Shown piece after piece: positions 1 through 9,954 of a stretch of DNA of 64,000 nucleotides (position 1 is its first letter; the number at the start of each line of letters is the position of its first letter). The notes below the pieces were generated by a model. The model saw nothing but the letters and a program-made list of their open reading frames with translations, made no database searches and was not told the origin of the DNA. Location of the stretch: NCBI GenBank assembly GCA_047285535.1, contig JBJBDC010000001.1, forward strand, positions 2,528,136 through 2,592,135. The letters are read 5' to 3'. Made by a program: the position numbers and the translations under genes. Origin of the DNA: Synechococcus sp. Lineage in GTDB: Bacteria > Cyanobacteriota > Cyanobacteriia > PCC-6307 > Cyanobiaceae.

Positions 1-1807
1 CAATGCCGAGGGGCAGAGAGGAAAGCTCACTGCAGATGTCTATCGCCGTTATCGCAAGGCATTAGCTGCGAATAATGCTCTCGATTTTGATGACTTGCTT
101 CTCCTCCCTGTGCAGTTGCTTCAGCAGAATGAGCAGGTTCGCGGCTACTGGCATCGGCGCTTTGCCCATGTCCTAGTGGATGAATATCAGGACACCAACC
201 GCACTCAGTACGAGCTGATCAAGTTGCTGGTCACCGATGGAAAGGATCCTCAGGTATACAAAAATTGGTCTGGACGCTCGGTCTTTGTTGTGGGTGATGC
301 GGACCAGAGCATCTACAGCTTTCGGGCAGCGGATTTCACGATTCTGATGGGATTTCAGGACGATTTTGGCGATAAGGCTTCGGATGATGCCACCCGCACA
401 ATGGTGAAGCTGGAGGAGAACTATCGCTCTACCGCCACGATTCTTGAGGCGGCTAATGCTTTGATCTCCAACAACAGTGAGCGGATCGATAAAGTACTGC
501 GCCCCACCCGTGGGGAGGGAGAATTGATCACTCTCACCCGCTGCGATGACGAGATCGCTGAGGCTGAGGCAGTCGTGCACCGGCTGCGGATGATGGAGGC
601 CGCCAATCCTGAGCTCAACTGGGCTGATATGGCTGTGCTGTATCGCACCAATGCTCAGTCACGGGCAATTGAAGAGTCGCTGGTGCGTTGGCGGATTCCT
701 TATGTCGTTGTGGGTGGCCTCCGCTTTTATGACCGCCGCGAGATCAAAGATGTTCTTGGCTATCTGCGCTTGCTAATCAATCCCGCCGATACGGTCAGCC
801 TGCTGAGGGTGATCAACGTGCCAAAGCGTGGTATCGGCAAGACCACAATCCAGCGCTGCTCCGATGCTGCGAATCAGCTTGGTATCCCTCTTTGGGATGT
901 GGTCAGCGATCCGGAAGCGGCCCGTTCACTCGGTGGGCGTTCTGCCCGTGGGCTGTTGCAGTTTTGTGAGTTGATCAGTGCTCTCAAGCAGCACATTCAT
1001 GACAGTCCACCATCGGAGTTGATTCAACAGGTGATGGAAAAGAGTGGTTATGTGAGTGAGCTGATCGCTGAAGGTACCGATGAGGCTGAGGAAAGACGCC
1101 GCAACCTGCAGGAATTGGTGAATGCAGCGCTGCAATATCAGGAAGAAAACGATGAAGGGGATTTGGAGGGGTTCTTGGCTTCTGCGGCCCTGGCCAGTGA
1201 TGCCGATAGCAAAGACACCAAGGCTGATCGGGTGACATTGATGACCTTGCACAGCAGCAAGGGTTTGGAATTTCCGGTGGTGTGTTTGGTAGGGCTTGAG
1301 CAGGGGTTGTTTCCGAGCTACCGCTCACTGGATGATCCGGCGTCCCTTGAGGAGGAACGCAGACTCTGTTATGTCGGCATCACCAGAGCGAAGGAGCGTC
1401 TATTCCTTTCCCACGCGAGCGAGCGGCGCTTATGGGGCGGCATGCGCGAGCCTGCTGTACCAAGCGTGTTTCTCTCAGAATTGCCAGAAGCGTTAGTCCA
1501 GGGGGAGATCCCTCGCTCTGGTGGAGCGGCGATCCGCCGGGAGCAACGCCTAGAGCGTCTGACTCGGGTTGATCGGGCTAGACCAAGCAGTGCCCCTGCG
1601 AATGCTGTGCGCCGTCGTCAGGCTGGTCCCGCTCCAGGGAAGTGCTGGACTGTCGGTGATCAGGTCAGTCACTCCAGCTTCGGGATCGGAGAGATCACGC
1701 ATACATTCGGCAGCGGTGAGAAGGTCTCGATCGCTGTGAAGTTTTCCGGCATGGGCCCAAAGATCCTCGATCCCCGCTTGGCGCCAATTGAGCCAGTGGA
1801 CAATTGA
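1..1807 (+). CDS. uvrD: ATP-dependent DNA helicase UvrD/PcrA (5' end outside window)
   Basis: The frame is open from position 2 (..ALDFDDLL..). SF1A motifs present: VLVDEYQDTN, VVGDADQSIYSFR, LEENYRS, LYRTNAQSR, TLHSSKGLEF, EERRLCYVGITRA, plus a C-terminal Tudor-like 'H..FGIG' segment. Confidence 0.95.
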   Translation, partial: NAEGQRGKLTADVYRRYRKALAANNALDFDDLLLLPVQLLQQNEQVRGYWHRRFAHVLVDEYQDTNRTQYELIKLLVTDGKDPQVYKNWSGRSVFVVGDADQSIYSFRAADFTILMGFQDDFGDKASDDATRTMVKLEENYRSTATILEAANALISNNSERIDKVLRPTRGEGELITLTRCDDEIAEAEAVVHRLRMMEAANPELNWADMAVLYRTNAQSRAIEESLVRWRIPYVVVGGLRFYDRREIKDVLGYLRLLINPADTVSLLRVINVPKRGIGKTTIQRCSDAANQLGIPLWDVVSDPEAARSLGGRSARGLLQFCELISALKQHIHDSPPSELIQQVMEKSGYVSELIAEGTDEAEERRRNLQELVNAALQYQEENDEGDLEGFLASAALASDADSKDTKADRVTLMTLHSSKGLEFPVVCLVGLEQGLFPSYRSLDDPASLEEERRLCYVGITRAKERLFLSHASERRLWGGMREPAVPSVFLSELPEALVQGEIPRSGGAAIRREQRLERLTRVDRARPSSAPANAVRRRQAGPAPGKCWTVGDQVSHSSFGIGEITHTFGSGEKVSIAVKFSGMGPKILDPRLAPIEPVDN

Positions 1808-3062
1808 TCCCTTGGAGCTGCCCGGTATCCCCACCGACCTTCTCAACACTCTGCAGGTTGCTGCTCGTGACAGCGGGGTAAGGCGTTTGGCGTTGGTGGG
1901 AGGGGCAGTAAGGGATGCCCTACTTCACCACGACCATCAGGATCCTTGGCTTGGATTGCCGGATTTGGATCTCGTGGTGGAGGGGTCTGCTGAGGTGTTT
2001 GCCCGACAACTTCGGACGCTGTGCGGTGAGACGCGGGTGCCACAGCTGCAGGTCCATGCGGCTTACGGCACGGTGGACTTGGTGCTGGATGGGGTCAAGC
2101 TCGATCTTGCCAGTGCACGTAAGGAGCACTATCCCGCTCCAGGGTTCAATCCAGTTGTTTCTTCAGGCCGCCTGGAAGACGACGTCGCTCGGCGTGATTT
2201 CACTGTTAATGCCATGGCCCTTGAGTTGTCTTTCGAGGGTTTAGATCAGGACTACATACTCGATCGGTTTGAGGGACGTGAGGATCTGGCCAGAAGGCAG
2301 TTGACTTTTCTGCATGACTTCAGCGTTGCTGATGATCCCACTCGCGTGATCCGGGCGGCTCGTTATGCCGCACGACTCGGATTCCAGTTAGCTCCAGCTG
2401 CCGCGATTCAGATTGCTTCCACACTGACAAGCTGGCCCTGGGCGTGGTCTTCAGGGGATCCGGCTGAGCAGGCTCCGCCAGCCCTTTCCACCCGCCTGCG
2501 CATGGAGTTGGAGTTGCTTTTTGAACGGGAACCCTGGATGGACGCGTTGGCATGTCTCCAGCGTTGGGGAGCTTTGGTGTTGCTCGATTCAGCACTACAG
2601 CAGGATTCGCGTCTTCGGAGACGGCTGATCCAGGCTCAGCGGCTTGGTCTTCCTTTGCTAACGAGCCTGGTGGCTGGCGCCAGAGATCCTTCTGCGCTGG
2701 CGCTGCGGTTGCAGCTTCCCCGGCAGCAGCAGCGCCAGATGCAGCAGCTTCAGGATTTGCTCCAGTGGTTGGACAAGGAGCTGCCTGCCGAGGCAAGCGG
2801 CTGGAGTGCCGCCACTTGGAGCGATGCTCTGGAGTCCCGTACGGTGGATCCAGAGGTGGTTGCTCATGCGGCTTGTGTGTTGGCCCACAGTTCCTGCGGC
2901 AGTGCTTTGTGGAGGCCCTTGCTGCGCTGGTGGGGACGTTGGCGTCATCTTCAAGGGCCTTTTACGGCAAGGGAACTCATAGTCCAGGGGTGGAAGCCAG
3001 GCCCTGAACTTGGCCAAGAGCTGCGTCGCTTGCGCCTGGAGCAGTTATTGCAGGCCAGATGA
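1788..3062 (+). CDS. tRNA nucleotidyltransferase / poly(A) polymerase family (probably the A-adding or CCA-adding type)
   Basis: Class II nucleotidyltransferase motifs: VGGAVRDALL, DLDLVV, ARKEHYPAPG, RRDFTVNAMA, DDPTRVIRAARYAARL, and C-terminal G.KPGPELG. Start codon uncertain. Confidence 0.88.
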   Translation: MSQWTIDPLELPGIPTDLLNTLQVAARDSGVRRLALVGGAVRDALLHHDHQDPWLGLPDLDLVVEGSAEVFARQLRTLCGETRVPQLQVHAAYGTVDLVLDGVKLDLASARKEHYPAPGFNPVVSSGRLEDDVARRDFTVNAMALELSFEGLDQDYILDRFEGREDLARRQLTFLHDFSVADDPTRVIRAARYAARLGFQLAPAAAIQIASTLTSWPWAWSSGDPAEQAPPALSTRLRMELELLFEREPWMDALACLQRWGALVLLDSALQQDSRLRRRLIQAQRLGLPLLTSLVAGARDPSALALRLQLPRQQQRQMQQLQDLLQWLDKELPAEASGWSAATWSDALESRTVDPEVVAHAACVLAHSSCGSALWRPLLRWWGRWRHLQGPFTARELIVQGWKPGPELGQELRRLRLEQLLQAR

Positions 3063-3079
3063 GGCGGTGATCTTTGCTT

Positions 3080-5299
3080 TCAGTTTTCTACCGCCTGACC
3101 GATTGGCCACCAGCCCTGGTGATTCTGCTCCAACAAGGCCTTGGATAGCTGTTTTGAAACGCTGATGAGAAGTGGTCCGCAGGTTTGGGGGTCTATCAGT
3201 AATTCCAGGAGGGCCAGATGCTGGGAACTGCCCTTAGTGATCGGGCCCAGGCTCAGGATCACAGCTGGGGGACAACTTAGTTGAGGCTGAGGATCAAGTA
3301 GAGCCCAGGCATTGCGGTTGGCTGGAGCAAGGCTGCTCGAATAGCCTGCTTCAAAAAGTTCCAGGGAGCCCGGCAGGGCAGGGATTGTTTGAGCTTCGAG
3401 CTGCACCTGAAGCTTGGGCTTGTCTTCAGAAAGATTTCCGAGCATTTCGCCCAGGTGCCCCAGCAACCCGAACCCGGTGATGTCGGTGACGGCATGGAGC
3501 TCCCCTGGATGATGGGCTTCCAGCGCCGTGAGCTGATCCACCAACGGGTGCTGGCTGGTTTGCATCTGAGCAAGGGCCTGATCGAGATCGGCTGGCTTGG
3601 TGGCTCCAGCCATGGCGGCGGCAAACAGTACACCGGTACCAAGGGGGCGGCTCAATAGCAACTGGTCACCGCCTTGGATGCCTTGCTTGGGCCAGATCCT
3701 GGTTTTGGGCCAACCCTGCGCGCTGATCACTACCTGGATACCGAGGCTGCAGGGTGGAGGGCCGCTTTCTCGGGCTTCCAGAGTGTGGCCACCGATTAGC
3801 TCAGCTTGTTGGGGATCTAGCACTGAGCGGATGCCTGCCAGGGTCTGGGCCAAAAGCTGTTGTTGCAGCTCCGAGGGGGCTAGCGGCAGGGTGACCACCG
3901 CCTGAGCTGAATTCACAGAAGTGCCGCAAGCCCAGAGGTCCGAACAGGCATGCAAGGCGGTGATCCGGCCGTTGAGCCATGGGTCGCTGATCAGGGCGGG
4001 AAAGCCATCCACGCTCTGCAGCAGAGATGTTTGGGCTTTCTCCCCCTGACTGGATGGCACTACGGCGGCATCCTCAGGGGCTGTTCCCAAGCGCTTAAGC
4101 CCTGCCCCATCCAAGCCCCCTTGCAGGGTGGCGGCAGACACTTTGGCGGCGCAGCCGCGGCAGAGCATGGAGCTGTTCGTTGAGGCTGCATCGCTTGCCA
4201 TGGACTGAAGCTGGAAGCGTTTCATGAAGCGACGGTCGAGCCACTGCTTCCAATGCCACAGCCATGGATGGGGGCCAAAGCAGAGCGAGCCGCAAAGGGC
4301 CCAGGCGGTGGGCTTCCCTTGGACGTCGAAACCACCCATTAGCTGAAGGGCCCGGCGTTGTGGGCGCCAAGGCTTCAAAGGTTTCTCCGAGCAACTGGCT
4401 TCAAGGTTTCGGGCTAGAGGTGTTGCGGCACGCACGGCCCAGACGCCTGAGGCGGGCCGTGGGGCGTCGTCGATGACAGCGCAGTCGCCGCTGGCAAAGA
4501 TCATTGGGAAATCGAGCACCTCCAGGGTTGGGGCAGTGCACACTCGGCCCCGTCTATCGACTGGAAGGCCACTTGCTGCGAGTAAGGTGGGAGCTTTGCT
4601 ACCTGTGCAATGGAGCCTCAACCGGGTTAAGCCCTCTGCAGTGTCGGTTGATTCAGTGTTCTGGTGGAAATTCACACCTGAAGTGGCTAGAGCTTGTTGA
4701 AAGACTGGGGGGATGCGACCTGGCTTGACCTGTAGTTGTACCGTCCGCTTGGGCCAGCGATGGCGTAAAGCCAGGGCCAGTTCGATGGCGGCTAGACCTG
4801 AACCGACGAGCTGCATGTGGTCAGTGGATGAATCCGTCTCGGCTTGATTCAGAGCAGAGAGGGCTTGCTCAAGTGGTTTGATCGCCAGGGTGTTGCTTTT
4901 TCCTGAAGTGGCTTTGGGCTCTGGAGTGACAGACCCAAGATTGAGGCTGAGCCTGTCGTAGCTCAGGGGCGGACGGCCAGCCAAAAGAAGCTGCTGTTTC
5001 AGTGGATCGAGTCCTGTGATCTCGGCGATCACAAAAGCCACTGCGGCCTGGTCGGCTAATCGCCGCAGATTGATTTCTAGGTCCTGGCGGTTGTAGAGGC
5101 CTGCCACCAGTCCTGGCACCATGCCGGAATAGAGGGCAGTGCTCTGGCGGTTCACCAGGGTGATCAGTCCTTCTGGTCGGCGTCTGGGCTGCATCGCCCA
5201 CATCCTCAGTACCAGGGCATGGGTGTGGCCGCCACCGGCCAGTACCAAGTGGCTGTTCACGATGAGTTTCCCTATCTGCTTGGATTCCTGGACTGCCAT
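3080..5299 (-). CDS. selD: Selenide,water dikinase (SelD) fused to an N-terminal FAD/NAD-dependent oxidoreductase domain
   Basis: N-terminal LVLAGGGHTH, YSGMVPG, FASGDCA and GVWAVRA (pyridine nucleotide-disulfide oxidoreductase). C-terminal CRGCAAKV, EDAA, QSVDGF, GGHT, TDITGFGLLGHL and DPQTCGPLLI (SelD). Confidence 0.9.
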   Translation of the reverse strand: MAVQESKQIGKLIVNSHLVLAGGGHTHALVLRMWAMQPRRRPEGLITLVNRQSTALYSGMVPGLVAGLYNRQDLEINLRRLADQAAVAFVIAEITGLDPLKQQLLLAGRPPLSYDRLSLNLGSVTPEPKATSGKSNTLAIKPLEQALSALNQAETDSSTDHMQLVGSGLAAIELALALRHRWPKRTVQLQVKPGRIPPVFQQALATSGVNFHQNTESTDTAEGLTRLRLHCTGSKAPTLLAASGLPVDRRGRVCTAPTLEVLDFPMIFASGDCAVIDDAPRPASGVWAVRAATPLARNLEASCSEKPLKPWRPQRRALQLMGGFDVQGKPTAWALCGSLCFGPHPWLWHWKQWLDRRFMKRFQLQSMASDAASTNSSMLCRGCAAKVSAATLQGGLDGAGLKRLGTAPEDAAVVPSSQGEKAQTSLLQSVDGFPALISDPWLNGRITALHACSDLWACGTSVNSAQAVVTLPLAPSELQQQLLAQTLAGIRSVLDPQQAELIGGHTLEARESGPPPCSLGIQVVISAQGWPKTRIWPKQGIQGGDQLLLSRPLGTGVLFAAAMAGATKPADLDQALAQMQTSQHPLVDQLTALEAHHPGELHAVTDITGFGLLGHLGEMLGNLSEDKPKLQVQLEAQTIPALPGSLELFEAGYSSSLAPANRNAWALLDPQPQLSCPPAVILSLGPITKGSSQHLALLELLIDPQTCGPLLISVSKQLSKALLEQNHQGWWPIGQAVEN

Positions 5300-5714
5300 C
5301 TCCAGCTCAAACGTTGGATCACCAGCTGATTGGGCAATGAATGAAGACTGGCATCATCAAAGGGCTTCAATCGTTTCATGACAGTGACTTGCATTCACCG
5401 CAAACGATAATGGTGATCTTTTGGAGTTTATTGGGATAAGTTTCAGGTCTCAGGCTGCTTGTGGTCGCCTGCCCGTTAGTAACACATCAAATTTCGGCTG
5501 TCGATGTACTGAATTTACAATGTACTTTAAGTCTAAATGTCTCAATATCCATTGCTCTGTTTTGACTTGACTGCAATCGTCAAGCTCCTGAGATAGATAG
5601 TCGCTACGAGTCGTGCAACAATCAGTGCGGTTTATAAGTTCTTATCGCTTGGCTTCAACCTGAGTGATCGGGAATAGCCGTTTGAACTTCGTTAAGCTTC
5701 CAGAGTTTTTATTG

Positions 5715-6311
5715 ATGATGTCAATTGACCAGACTGCAGTGATTCATTCCACGGCCCTTGTCGATGAGGGGGCAACAGTTGGCGCTGGTTCGCGTATCTG
5801 GCACTGGGTTCACATCTCTGCCGGAGCCGTGATCGGCAAAAACTGTTCGTTTGGACAGAATGTGTTTGTCGGCAATGCTGTTCGGATTGGGAATAATGTC
5901 AAGATTCAGAATAATGTTTCTGTGTACGACAACGTCACTCTTGAGGATGATGTTTTCTGCGGGCCGAGCATGGTGTTTACCAACGTCTATAACCCGCGCT
6001 CAGCCGTGAGCCGCAGAGACCAGTACAGAGATACTTGTGTCCGTCAGGGGGTGACGCTCGGCGCAAATTGCACCATTGTCTGTGGCGTCACCATTGGGGT
6101 TTATGCCTTCGTTGGAGCAGGTTCTGTAATTAATAAAAATGTCAAACCTTTTGCCCTAATGGTGGGGGTTCCAGCAAAGCAGATTGGTTGGATGAGTGCC
6201 TATGGGGAACGTGTTGGTTTGCCCTTGGAAGGTGGGGGCTCCTGGCGTTGCCCCCACACTGGTGATCTTTATGAGCTTAACGGTGACTCTCTTCGGCGTG
6301 GTGAAGCGTGA
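5715..6311 (+). CDS. wbpD: Hexapeptide-repeat N-acetyltransferase, WbpD/WlbB type
   Basis: [66 protein letters not shown] at 5715 preferred over the track start of 5664. Confidence 0.9.
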   Translation: MMSIDQTAVIHSTALVDEGATVGAGSRIWHWVHISAGAVIGKNCSFGQNVFVGNAVRIGNNVKIQNNVSVYDNVTLEDDVFCGPSMVFTNVYNPRSAVSRRDQYRDTCVRQGVTLGANCTIVCGVTIGVYAFVGAGSVINKNVKPFALMVGVPAKQIGWMSAYGERVGLPLEGGGSWRCPHTGDLYELNGDSLRRGEA

Positions 6312-7469
6312 ATGACGATGCAGTTCATTGATCTCAAGGCTCAACAACAACAACGATTGTCAGATGGGCGAACTATTCGCGAGGCCATCGATGCCCGCAT
6401 GAATGCCGTGCTGGATCACGGCCAGTACATTCTCGGTCCGGAAGTGGTTGAGCTTGAAGAGACTCTGTCTGCTTATGTGGGAGTGAATCAATGCATCGCT
6501 GTTGCGAGTGGTACTGATGCATTGTTAATTGCCTTAATGGCTTTAGGTGTGGGCCCTGGTGATGAAGTGATTACCACTCCCTTCTCATTTATTTCAACCA
6601 CAGAAACGATTGCTTTGCTAGGGGCGATTCCTGTGTATGTCGATATCGACTCGGTGACCTACAACCTCGATGCCAGTAAACTTGAGGAACGGATTACTGC
6701 AAAGACCAAAGCGATTATTCCAGTCAGCTTGTATGGTCAAGCTGCTGATTTTCAAGCGATTAATGACATCGCTGAGTGTCATGGTTTGCCGGTGATTGAA
6801 GATGCTGCTCAGAGTTTTGGGGCGATGCAAAGGGGGCTGCGCAGTTGCAACTTGAGCACAATTGGTACTACTAGTTTCTTCCCTTCCAAGCCTCTGGGTG
6901 GCTATGGCGATGGAGGAGCCTGTTTTACCAATGATCAGGACTTAGCCGATCGCATGCGGCGCATTTCTAGGCATGGACAGGCCAGACGTTATTTCCATAC
7001 TGATATTGGTGTGAATGGAAGGATCGATACTTTGCAAGCTGCGATTTTGATGGGGAAGTGGCCCAATTTTGCGAATGAAGTGGATGCACGCGCTCGAATC
7101 GGTGCTGCTTATTCCAAAAAGCTAAAGGCTGCTGGAGTCTTGACTACTCCCTCTTTGTTGCCAGGCAATACCAGCGTCTACGCCCAATACACAGTTCAGG
7201 TGGATGATCGTGCTTCGGTGCAAGCCTTTTTAAAAAAAGTTGGTATCCCTACTGCGGTGCATTATCCGACGCTGCTCTCTAATCAACCTGCCTTTCGTTC
7301 GATTGCTGAGTGCAACAATCCATCCTCAGCCACCCCTATTGCACAGGCCACTAGTGAGCGTGTATTGAGTTTGCCCATGCACCCTTGGCTTAGTGAGGCC
7401 GATCAAGATCAGGTAGTTGTGGCTCTTGTTGATGCGCTTCAATCCAGTTGTGGTGTTTCTGCTGTATGA
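6312..7469 (+). CDS. wbpE: DegT/DnrJ PLP aminotransferase, WbpE/WlbC type
   Basis: MQFIDLKAQ, HGQYILGPEV, SGTDAL, IEDAAQSFGA, TSFFPSKPLGGYGDGG; adjacent to wbpD. Confidence 0.88.
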   Translation: MTMQFIDLKAQQQQRLSDGRTIREAIDARMNAVLDHGQYILGPEVVELEETLSAYVGVNQCIAVASGTDALLIALMALGVGPGDEVITTPFSFISTTETIALLGAIPVYVDIDSVTYNLDASKLEERITAKTKAIIPVSLYGQAADFQAINDIAECHGLPVIEDAAQSFGAMQRGLRSCNLSTIGTTSFFPSKPLGGYGDGGACFTNDQDLADRMRRISRHGQARRYFHTDIGVNGRIDTLQAAILMGKWPNFANEVDARARIGAAYSKKLKAAGVLTTPSLLPGNTSVYAQYTVQVDDRASVQAFLKKVGIPTAVHYPTLLSNQPAFRSIAECNNPSSATPIAQATSERVLSLPMHPWLSEADQDQVVVALVDALQSSCGVSAV

Positions 7470-8702
7470 ACGCTTCTAGGATGATGCCTGCGAAACAAAG
7501 ATGTCTTCAGTTGCCGAATCGGGATATTGAACTTTAGGTCTCGACACCAATCAAACAATGGATGAAGAAATGAACAAGGGTAGGAGTTACATCAACACAT
7601 TGATGATCAGTGCTTTTCACATACAGCGAATACTGGTCATTTAGAGGCAAGCACTGAACTTTTCCGAGCGGCAGAAGCAGACGCTTTGCTTCTTTGCGTC
7701 CCAACCCCTCTGAATAAGTATCCAGAGAAAGATATAAGTTTCATTCGTGCCACCATGTAAGTCTTGTTGCCGTATCTGCAGCCCGGTTAGTTGCTGAGTC
7801 TGGAGAGCACCACTTTTCCAGGAACCACTGATGAAGAATTGCGCCCACAGGTGTTGGGCATGGGGCTTTTGATCGGGGAGACGTTTGTTCTCATTTGCTC
7901 ACATAAACCTGAGGGTCCTAGGAATGTCTTAATTACACAGTCACGATTCCCAAGGTGATGGTAGAAAGTACGATCGCGTGTAAAGAGATAGGCTTGGCCC
8001 TTTATGAGCAGGTGATCAGTGAAGTGTTGCCTGTGAGTTGCACCCTGGCCGCTGAAATGATCAAGTTTTTGGAGGACATTCATAGGTGTAATAAGCGAAT
8101 TAAAGCCTCTATTTGCTCGCATAGGGATTAGTCTATACGAAGACATCCGTACTGCTGCAACTAAGCCTTTTGGCTTTGTGCCTATTGCACGGGGGCTGTT
8201 CTTGGTGCGCATTGCATCCGATTAATTCCTTTTATCTCGCCTGGAAAGATCGGGACTATTGCATGCATTCTCGCTGTATTGAATTGGCGGGGGAGATCGA
8301 TATTTCTATATCGGCTTATGTATTGCAAAATATAGCTGATTCCCTTGATGAAGACGGTAAGCCTTGGAAGGGCAGTCGCTACTGGTGCAAGGAATTACTT
8401 GCAAGAAAAATCAATGAAATGAGCGAATCACGATTGGTAGAGCTGATGGGGTTTTTACAAGGCAAAAGGAGTTGATGGGTATTGCAGTGATGCTTTCTTT
8501 TCTTTTTCTTTCTACCTATGCGTAAATATTATTGATCTAAAAAGTGTTCCAGTTTTTTGCCGAAAGCCTCCAACCTTTTGATGTTGTGGTGTTAGCTACA
8601 GGTCATAAAGCTTTCGATTATGATTTTGTGAACTCTATTAGTTCGCTGGAGATCGATACTCGAGGGCCTTTTGCTCCGGGGAGCAATACTCTGCGCGCCT
8701 GA
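7466..8702 (+). pseudogene. wbpA: Degraded UDP-GlcNAc 6-dehydrogenase (WbpA type)
   Basis: Manual translation gives colinear fragments: [64 protein letters not shown]...RCIELAGE, VVLATGHKAFDY...DTRG. In-frame stops at 7758-7760 and 7788-7790, several frameshifts, and no N-terminal GxGxxG. Confidence 0.92.
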
Positions 8703-8709
8703 CTTCATC

Positions 8710-9804
8710 ATGCAATTACTGACTGTTGTGGGAGCCAGGCCCCAGTTCATCAAGGCTGCGGCCGTTAGTCGTGCCATTACTGCTACTCAAGACACAGAAT
8801 GGCCGATCTTTGAGAGCATTCTGCATACGGGTCAGCATTTCGATGCTGCGATGTCGGATCAGTTTTTTTCGGAACTTGGCATTCCGGACCCTGCTTTTCA
8901 TCTTGGAATCGGCGGTGGCAGCCACGGCGTTAATACTGGTCGGATGCTCGAGGCCATTGAAAGGGTTCTCCTGGATCAGCGGCCTGATGCACTGCTGGTC
9001 TATGGCGACACCGATTCCACCTTGGCTGGGGCTTTGGCGGCCAGCAAACTCAAAATCCCAGTGATGCATGTGGAGGCAGGGTTGCGTTCGTTTAATCGGC
9101 ACCAGCCGGAAGAACAAAATCGAGTGCTCACCGATCATCTGGCGGAGCTTTGCTTTGCCCCTACGGATAGGGCAGTGGCACACCTTCAGCGAGAAGGCAT
9201 CCCTACTAAGCGAATAGTGCGTACTGGCGATGTGATGGCCGATGTTGCCAGGATCTTTGGTGAGCAGGCTGAGACCAAGGCTGCTGAGTTGCTTGCGACG
9301 CTGTCGTTGCCGCAGGAGCCTTTCATTTTGGCCACAATTCATCGGGCTGAAAATACTGACGATCCCGTTTGCCTGGAGGCGATCTTCACGGCATTAGGTG
9401 ATGCTCCGCTGCCTGTGTTGCTGCCACTTCATCCGCGCACCCGTGCATGCATTGCCAAGCATGGGTTCGAGCCACTGCTCAGGCCGCTCACGCTCACTGA
9501 ACCGTTGGGTTTTTTGACGATGGTCCTGCTAGAGCGGCGTGCAGCGATTGTGGTTACCGATTCTGGCGGCGTGCAGAAGGAAGCCTTCTTGCAGGGCACA
9601 CCATGCGTCACGGTGCGGCATGAAACGGAATGGGTTGAGCTTCTCGAATGCGGTTGGAACTTACTGGCTGATCCTGCTGATCCCGCATCCATGCTCAGCG
9701 CGATGGGGCGACAATTGGGGTTGAATGCTTGTCAACCAGGCTTGTCAATCTATGGGGATGGGCATGCGGCTGAAGCGATTGTGGCCCGACTGGAGGAGAT
9801 ATAA
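8710..9804 (+). CDS. wbpI: Non-hydrolysing UDP-HexNAc 2-epimerase (WbpI/WecB family)
   Basis: TVVGARPQFIKAA, HTGQHFD, YGDTDSTLAGALAA, HVEAGLRS, TDSGGVQKEA; located within the wbp module. ATG at 8710. Confidence 0.85.
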   Translation: MQLLTVVGARPQFIKAAAVSRAITATQDTEWPIFESILHTGQHFDAAMSDQFFSELGIPDPAFHLGIGGGSHGVNTGRMLEAIERVLLDQRPDALLVYGDTDSTLAGALAASKLKIPVMHVEAGLRSFNRHQPEEQNRVLTDHLAELCFAPTDRAVAHLQREGIPTKRIVRTGDVMADVARIFGEQAETKAAELLATLSLPQEPFILATIHRAENTDDPVCLEAIFTALGDAPLPVLLPLHPRTRACIAKHGFEPLLRPLTLTEPLGFLTMVLLERRAAIVVTDSGGVQKEAFLQGTPCVTVRHETEWVELLECGWNLLADPADPASMLSAMGRQLGLNACQPGLSIYGDGHAAEAIVARLEEI

Positions 9805-9954
9805 CCAAAGACTCCATCTAGATCTTGCAAGAGCCTGATTGGCATATGGCTCTTGATAGGCAACGCGTTTGCCGCTTTGCTCATGTTGATTCGTTTTGGC
9901 GGTTCAGTCAGACCAAAACATCCACGCCACAAGACGACTTTTGCGCAACTGCTT

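Noticed and set aside
5300..5714. JUMPstart/ops element or defined promoter at the island start
   Set aside because: A divergent promoter region is likely, but I could not identify a convincing motif.
3080..6311. selD plus glycosyl enzymes as a selenosugar/selenoneine system
   Set aside because: No SenA- or SenB-like gene is recognised. selD is divergently oriented and looks like a core flanking gene.
7787..8212. 141-aa minus-strand ORF
   Set aside because: It is antisense to the wbpA remnant and has no recognisable motif.
8170..8475. 101-aa ORF as an independent gene
   Set aside because: It is a fragment of the wbpA pseudogene (SFYLAWK...IELAGE).
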